This document shows, in pieces, positions 56,816 through 64,000 of a stretch of 64,000 nucleotides of DNA (positions are counted from its first letter, which is position 1; each line of letters begins with the position of its first letter). A program made the position numbers and the translations under genes. The DNA comes from Adineta vaga. Taxonomy: Eukaryota > Animalia > Rotifera. The notes under the pieces were generated by a model that made no database searches, was not told where the DNA came from, and saw nothing but the letters and a program-made list of their open reading frames with translations. Where the stretch lies: assembly GCA_021613535.1 (NCBI GenBank), contig CP075497.1:11966001-12030000 (forward strand). Reading direction: 5' to 3'.

Positions 56816-57042
56816 TCACTTGCACTGTTGAAACCGCCGTCTCTATAATGTCTAGGCGTCAACAAATGGTCCATTGCTGAAATTGCTTGATGCAATAGAT
56901 AATTCACTATTTAGTTTGAATTTAATGTTCATCTTAAGAATTTTTTATCGATTTTGCGGAGAAAATATTGGCGTTTATTTGAATTTGCCGCAAAATCAAA
57001 TTCCCTATTAACTCAAATGCATTACAAGAGAAAATACAAGCG

Positions 57043-57363
57043 ATGGAAAATCACTTCCAACAACAAACAGCTGAAATGAAACTCATGAGGCAACAACGTC
57101 GATCAGTGGGAACGATCACAAGTGAACCATCAAATAGTTCCCTTCAAGAGTATTATGTTGCATTAGGTATAAGAATAAAACTACTTCACTAAATTTATCA
57201 TCTATTTTATTTAGATTTTATTGGCCTTAAAGAACTTTTTTACCTTTGGCTAACAATTAGAATAAAACGGAATCTGCGAAAGGCATTTATCATAGGAATG
57301 ATCATAGTAACTATAATAAATTGGATTATCATGTTCTACATACAAAAATCGACTAGTCCTTAA
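57043..57363 (+). CDS. Possible small two-exon tail-anchored membrane protein
   Basis: MENHFQQQTAEMKLMRQQRR...YYVAL|DFIGLKELFYLWL...KAFIIGMIIVTIINWIIMFYIQKSTSP* is in frame across a GT-AG intron. No family recognised; may extend upstream. Confidence 0.35.
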
Positions 57364-57486
57364 TTTATTCCAATCATTTTCTTCTTACACAATCAGAATT
57401 AAATGATCACGGAAATAAAAATTCTTCTCTTAATCAAATTTTCTTCACTGTTTAAAAAAATAAATGTATACATAAAAATTTAATGT

Positions 57487-57771
57487 TACCCAGGTCTAAA
57501 AAACGGCGTCGTAAACTACCTTAAACGATGGAAAAACGGCGAAAACCGGCACTAATACGCTACCGTAATCCGTTAACCCAGAAATGTATAGAAATACGCT
57601 ATAAAAAGATGGTCGTTTCGTAGCAAGAAACGGCCGAAAACGGCGATCGTAATCAGGAGTGACGGATTACGGTGAAATTCGGTCAAAATTAAGGCAGTAA
57701 ATTACCGTTTTCTAGCCGTTTTTGGTCGTTTAAGGCGCCGTTTCCGACTGCTGGAACGATTGTTCTGGGTA
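57487..57771. mobile_element. MITE with TACCCAG...CTGGGTA ends inserted in the duplicated segment
   Basis: Absent from the source locus near 44470; inverted ends and internal AAACGGC/GCCGTTT repeats; same terminus as 7146-7312. Confidence 0.75.
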
Positions 57772-57821
57772 CCTTCTTTTCCAGATGAAATAATTGAGAC
57801 GAAAGATTTTTATTCTTGTAC

Positions 57822-60230
57822 ATGCTTTTTCTGCATCAATTGAAAGTTCTTCTATGGAAAGTTTTTATTCTCAAAAGACGCAGTCAGGTAAGCGATTTTT
57901 CCTAAAATTGATTTTTATATTCAATTCATTGTTTAGTTTGTTCTGCTATTCGAATTCGTCATTTCATTAGCTTTCCGTCTTGTTATTATTGGAATACGAA
58001 AAACTCAAGAAGCACCATTCAATCCTCGAAGTAGAATTTACTTTATCTTTTCTTAAAAACAAGTGAATTGAAATGTTTATCTTTTAGCTAATTATGTGTC
58101 AACGTTTTTTTATCATAATTATCGACTGAAACCACATCAATCAACAAGAGTTTTCTCCGTTCTTCAATCGTTCGGTCCAAATTCAGTTTCTAGTAACGAA
58201 GACGGATTCAATGTATTTCCAAATGGAACTTATTTGCTAAAAGATTTCTGTAGAGAAGTAACAAAGTATGATAATCGTTATTTGTAAATAAACAGAACTA
58301 TTAACAAAAATTGATCGAATATCTCGTACTAATCCATTTTTTTACAGGAGATGTCTCTATGTATGATATTGATGCATTACCTGATCTTTATGAAACAACG
58401 CTTGATCGTCCTGCGCTTATTTATTACTGATCAGATGATTTAACTTATACATTTCCGAAAAATTTAACAAATATTGTTCATTTTTGTCGGTCAATTCAAC
58501 TATAGTGAAGAACAATGTGAATTACTTTTTAACAATACTCAAATCAATTTAAATCATGTAACAATAGTATAACTTGAAAAGATGCATCACCAGCACCATT
58601 GATTGAACGTGTTCGAGATCGATTTTGGGTACTATCACCAGCACAAAATGGATTTTAATGTCATGAATTTGGTTTTAGTTGTATTCAAGTAAGAATATTT
58701 TTCAAATAAAAAGATTTACTAAAGATTTTCTATCTTTTAGGAAGTTATCGATCGTGCAACAATCAATACTCAAGTTGACAAACCTGTGGTTGAACCAAGA
58801 TTATTCTTTCAAGAAATAGCATATCCTTGTTATACATATGATAAGTAAGTTTTCTTAAATTTTTCTCATTTTCTTCAATAAAAAAAAATTCTTTTAGTTT
58901 GCTTCAAACGATTCAATATGCTCTTGCATTATGTTTAACAATAGCATGAGTTTACGCATTTACAATGTTTGCAAAATTTATTACATACTCAATTGATTAA
59001 TGATTATAGTGTAACACAAAATCCACTTGATAATGTATTTGGTAATTTTGTTCGTGATCAATGTAATACATTACAACAAACAAATAAAAAATCTCGACGA
59101 AAACAAAGACATTCACACTAATCGACGATCTTGCCCTGTTCTTTCCAGGTTCTTGTTTTTCTATTCCTTCCATACAAGATTCTTGCCTGAAAAATATGAT
59201 CTTGCTTTTCTGGTAAGGTTCTTGTAGACCGAATCTTGTCTGATGAGGCAAGAATATTTTTTCAGACAAGATTCTTGTTCTCTTGCTTTCTTCCCTGATT
59301 CTTGGCTTTCTTGAACTCTTGCCTGCATCTTGCTTTTCTTGTTATTCTTATCTTTCTTGTCTGATTCTGATCAAACTAAAAAGCCTTTATAGATTGTTAT
59401 TACTATCTTTTTATATTATTTTATTAGAAATTTGCACGTCATTCACAAAAAATGGTAAGAATACAAAAAAATATGTCATCTTATTCGTAAAAAGAACACC
59501 TGTTCTGTTTAAAAGAATATAATCTTTCCAGGATACATCTGAAACTTTCATCGTTCATTAAACAAGATTTTTTGTAGATAATTACAGAAAAATCTAAAAA
59601 TAAAATAAAATAGAAAGATTAAGCACAAAAATATTGAAATACATTTGATAAATTCAATTTATTTAAGAAAAATAATATGAAATAGCATTACTTACCATAT
59701 TCTTTCGTCGATCAAATAAATATTTTACTTACATTTAATTGAGATATAGTGTTGTCTCGAAAGATTATATCTGAGAAAAGTACATATTTGGAGTGAATTG
59801 TAATAGTCATTAAATAGAAAATGAATGAATAACGTTCAGATATCACTTTATATATGTTATATACAAAGAATACATCACGTGCCGTTTATCTTGGGAAGGT
59901 AGCAAGGATTTTTTTTCGTTCATACTATAAGAGTCTTGTCTGAATTCTAAGAAATTTAAAATATCTTGTGTTTCTTTCCAGATTCTTGTTGTTCAGGATA
60001 TTCAGACAAGATTCTTGTTATCTTGAAATTCTTGTATGATTCCTTTTACTTTTCTGTTGAAAAGAATCTTGTCTGAACACAAGAATCTTGCCTGAAAAAT
60101 AAGAAAAATAAGAATCTGGAAAGAATAGGGCAAGATCGTCGATTAGTGCAACTTCTAATGTAGGTTTGGAAAGAATATCAATACAAATCCTCGTGAAGTA
60201 TTAAAATGTTCAAAATTGTGATAGAAATCT
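57822..60230 (+). pseudogene. ABCA pseudogene (unprocessed, two multi-kb internal deletions)
   Basis: Diverged copy of ABCA exons and introns. Jumps from the ~45250 to the ~47200 equivalent and from the ~47575 to the ~52900 equivalent. Contains stops (e.g. TGG>TGA near 58948) and a transposon insertion. Confidence 0.9.
59116..60148. mobile_element. Non-autonomous CACTA/EnSpm (CMC superfamily) element, 1033 bp
   Basis: TIR CACTAATCGACGATCTTGCCCT...AGGGCAAGATCGTCGATTAGTG; CA duplicated at both flanks; multiple AAGATTCTTG/TCTTGTCTGA subterminal repeats; empty site visible near 53120. Confidence 0.88.
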
Positions 60231-60808
60231 TTCTTTTATTCTTTATTATCTGAGTCATTGCATTATTAGTCATTATTCTTTTTAACAAATCGATTTCTTT
60301 TATATGAAAATTGTGTTTGACAACGAAAAAAATCTTTTTCTTTATGTGCCATGTTGATAATTTTAGTTTTCCTAAGTCATTTGTTTTTTTTCTTATGTGA
60401 CTTCCGGTGCTCATTTATATATATACGTATGTACATGAGAAAAAAAATCTCATCTTTTTTTTCGTCAAATAAGACGACTCAACTTAAGTTGCTGTTGACA
60501 TGATGCTGATTTTATCGTCAATTCTTGTGATGATTGATACAAATACACATAAATAAATTTGTCATTTTTTTCTAGGATCGAAAACGAATAATTGATTATA
60601 TCGAACTAGAATGTTGAGATGGCATAATAAATAAATAAGAATGTTATTTTTTCTTTTTTCGCTTCGTCTTTTTTCTGTGATCTGTTTAATGTGTTTTAAT
60701 CCATGTATGAAAATAACATTTAATAACTAGTAAAATTAAAAATATGGATATTTTTCCCTTTGATATTTTATATTTATTCGATAGTATACTTTTTAGAGTT
60801 GAATCAAT

Positions 60809-61388
60809 ATGTAAAAAGAAAGTTGCGGATCATATCACCAAATGGCTTAAAGATTATCTTGAACCAAGTCATGCAAAAGGTTTTGTTGTTGGTGTGTCTG
60901 GTGGCATTGATTCAGCTCTTGTTTCAACACTATGTGCTCGAACAGGTACTCCAACACTTGTTATTGAAATGCCTATTCATCAATCATCATCTGAGGTACA
61001 ACGAAGTCAAGCACATATCAGTTGGTTAAAATCAAAATTTCCTAATGTTACTGGTGGTACTGTTGATTTAACTGAACCTTTTGAAACCTTTAAAAAAACA
61101 GTTAATGCAAATGAGATTAATGAAACGAATGCTTATAGTGAAGTCGCATTTGCTAATATGAGATCACGTTTAAGAATGGTTAGTATTGTTTAATTGTGAT
61201 ATTGAAAAACAGAGAAGGATCTTTTTTTCTTTCATAGGTTAATTTATATTATTATGCTTCACTCAAAGGTTATCTTGTTGCTGGTACTGGAAATAAAGTA
61301 GAAGATTTTGGTGTTGGTTTCTTTACAAAATATGGTAAGAAAAGAGAAGATTTTCGTAATCTATACGTTTTCTTTAAGGTGACGGTGG
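60809..61388 (+). pseudogene. nadE: Truncated nadE copy
   Basis: The equivalent ATG is immediately followed by TAA. 60817-61388 matches 54126-54697 with four substitutions by my count, then stops at the start of exon 3. Confidence 0.92.
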
Positions 61389-61402
61389 GTGTGGGTGTGG
61401 GT
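61384..61402 (+). repeat. Interstitial telomere-like tract GGTGGG(TGTGGG)2T at the nadE truncation point
   Basis: Source reads GACGGTGG|TGTTGATA; copy reads GACGGTGG|GTGTGGGTGTGGGTATG. Confidence 0.7.
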
Positions 61403-61719
61403 ATGACTTTGTTTCTGTAGAATCTATTCGCACTGAGGCGCCTAATAGCTAACTAATTGAATACTTGAATTCAACTTTCGAGTATGACACTATACTGTCA
61501 TAGTTATACACAGCAGACGGAAGTCCACAATACACGTACGTTAACGCCATCTTTCTGCATCCACAAACTATTCACTATTGTTGAAATCGTCAGACTTCAT
61601 TTTTTTTTCAATAACAAAATACAATACAATACTTTCAAAAGTGAATTCCTTCTGGTGACAAACAAAATATATTCAATAGCTTGTATTCTCAACAAACTTC
61701 ATTGGAATCTAAAGCGATA

Positions 61720-63006
61720 ATGTACACATTTACAACATTACCTATCGAACTCGTCTACCGCATTTTGGATCATCTAACTGATTTTACACTATTTTATTCA
61801 ATGCAAAATGTTTCCGAAGGTTTTAATCAAATTCTTAATATTTATCATCGATATCAAGTAAGTTTCCCCAGTCCTTTACCTATTTTTCCGTCTTTTCAAA
61901 TACATACGAGTTTACTCGAAGAAAAAACAAATTTCACGATTCCGAAGCAACTTTCACGTGTGAATCAACCACAACATTTCCTCACACCTGTTCATTTCTA
62001 TCCATGTCCATAGGATATACATCTTATTCCACCTACACTCAAGTGCCGAACAGAAATCAAACTGCACAATTATAAAACAGCTTTCCCATTTCAAACATAG
62101 CTCTATTGCAACTCCTCAACAAATGCAACAACTATCTGTGAAACCCACCGAATAAAATCAAATCAACTCTTTTATATTGTACCACGACTCAATACTAACC
62201 TTCGCAAACTAACTATCAAAATACCAATCCAAAACCTTTCTAAATAAACAAGTATCATTACCTTGAGTACAGTAGTCCCCTCTCCGTCCGACAATTCGAA
62301 CATTAACTCAGTAATAAACAGTCAAGCAATAACTTTTCTTTTCGCCCAAAGAATCCAAACCAAACACTATCTGAACTCTTTCACACACCACCAAGCATCT
62401 TGTATAATGCTATATCTCGGTGAAAGATGTTAATCTAAATTTCGATTGCCTTACGCACATTTTCGAAATAAACATTCTATACATAGACACTCACCACGCT
62501 AAATCTCTGGGACAATCGAATCGGCGAACAAGGAGCACAACATATCGGTGATGCCTTGCGAAGAAACACAGTAATATCCATTCTCTCCACATACAATTGA
62601 CAGACCCATGCTCTCTCTCTCTCGTTTATAGACACTCACCACACTAGATCTCTGGAACAATCGAATCGGCGAACAAGGAGCACAACATATCGGTGATGCC
62701 TTGCGAATAAACACAGTAATATCCATTCTCTCTATATCTAATTGACAGATCCATGCTCTGTCTCGTCTATAGACACTCACCACACTAAATCTGAGGGATA
62801 ATCAAATCGCCCATCAAGGAGCACAACATATCGGTGATGCCTTGCGAACAAACACAGTAATATCCATTCTCTCTACATACAATTGACAGACCCATGCTCT
62901 CTCTCGTCTATAGACACTCACCACGCTTAATCTCGAGTGCAATCGAATCGGCAAACAAGGAGCAGAATATCTTCGAAATATTTTAGGAAACAGGGTGATA
63001 TTCTAG
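61720..63006 (+). CDS. F-box protein with 4 exon-encoded LRRs (copy 2, paralog of 24035-28061)
   Basis: Exon 1 at 61720-61857 (MYTFTTLPIELVYRILDHLTDF...); LRR exons at 62487, 62632 and 62773; terminal exon 62914-63006 (TLTTLNLECNRIGKQGAEYLRNILGNRVIF*). Confidence 0.88.
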
Positions 63007-64000
63007 TTAGGGCTCAATTGACATTGTTTTGTAGCGCTTTTTTTAAGACTTTTTTTCGGACAAACTGATGAGGAAAAAAATGAATAAACAGTGTACTTCA
63101 AAGACGTATTATTCGCATGATAGCTTATTTTCTTTAAAACTCATGATTTCCGACTGTGAGAGGTGATCTTTCATCTAAGTTGTTTATTTGTGCATGTCGG
63201 GGAAACCAAAATCGCGTGTTTGAAATGCACTATAGTTTATCAGCTATGCGACAAGTTTGATGTGCATCATATCGCATCTTCTGAAACTGTTTACGCTCAA
63301 AATAATGTCTCCTTAGAAATTTTGAACAATGCAAAGGTTATGACGAATAAAAACAACCGTCGGCGCGTTTATAAGCCTTTGAATGAGTCCGCTGAACTTA
63401 TTCCCATCTCTTATCTATTGTGAACGATTGGGAAATTATTTCTCAAATATTATATCGTGATCAAAAACGTAGCAGAATATACATCCGAACTTTATTTTGA
63501 ATATTTCTCGTAATAGAGAGTTTAGTTTAATGTCTGAGTGCGTCGCAAATCTTTACTATATTTGGAACGCTAGAGAGTTGAGGTTGACGTCAAGATAAAG
63601 TGGATGACAAGTTTCACAATTTCATTTAGTTGCTTCTTGGATTTGACGTTCGATGGCTAATAATAGAAAGATGTTCTGTATTCGTACATTTTGCAACATA
63701 AAAAAGAAATTTTCAAAGAAAATTGCGCATCTCAGTCTTATCTAAGAAATGCGTAGAGACACAATGTAGGATATAAGTTGCATGTGGATGCAATTTCTGA
63801 TATATTCGAGTTTCAACGAAATGCTGCGAGATGCCTTTGTAAACACAAAGAGTGTTTCATGTTTATATAGTGACCGGTACTTATATTCCATTCGTATTCT
63901 CTCATTGACATCCACAGAATTACTAGAGTAGCAATGATTTGTGACCAATGAAGTCTTTCTATCTCGAGTTCACACATATTTCTTTTTGAATATATTTATC
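63007..64000 (+). repeat. Non-coding 3' flank homologous to ~28062-29048
   Basis: Shared blocks such as CCGAACTTTATTTTGAATATTTCTC, GTTGACGTCAAGATAAAGTGGATGAC and TTTGTAAACACAAAGAGTGTTTCATGTTTA continue to the window end. Confidence 0.92.

Larger units (their letters stand above)
57370..61388 (+). repeat. Decayed direct segmental duplication of ~44360-54697 (LIN9 3' end, ABCA, nadE 5' part)
   Basis: Collinear matches to the LIN9 end, ABCA 5' exons, ABCA middle and 3' exons, the 3' UTR and nadE. Confidence 0.92.

Noticed and set aside
62499-62783. 94-aa minus-strand ORF with an internal repeat
   Set aside because: Antisense shadow of the LRR exon array.

Overview
AT-rich eukaryotic genomic DNA with many short (~50-60 nt) GT-AG introns. 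It is most consistent with a bdelloid rotifer; this is inferred from intron size, several genes of non-metazoan type, F-box/LRR exon arrays and TGTGGG tracts. Conserved animal genes (PHM, HEXD, PPP1R21, EMC2, MCM2, LIN9, an ABCA transporter) are interleaved with foreign-looking genes: an intronless EgtB-EgtD ergothioneine-synthase-like fusion, a microbial-type Zn alcohol/formaldehyde dehydrogenase, an NH3-dependent NadE and a decayed cyclic phosphodiesterase. There are also MITE/CACTA insertions and a decayed LIN9-ABCA-NadE segmental duplication. The most striking structure is an F-box gene (24035-28061) followed by 23 tandem one-LRR exons (84 nt, phase 0) with near-identical introns. Protein variation is concentrated in the ligand-facing LRR positions, and a paralog at 61720-63006 has only 4 such exons with a different set of variable residues. 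Other highlights are a pair of mutually exclusive 65-nt exons in PHM, a telomere-like TGTGGG scar at the break of a near-identical NadE copy, an antisense gene nested in MCM2 intron 1, and a stand-alone TDP-43-N-terminal-like microprotein. All calls were made by reading and hand translation; no searches were run.
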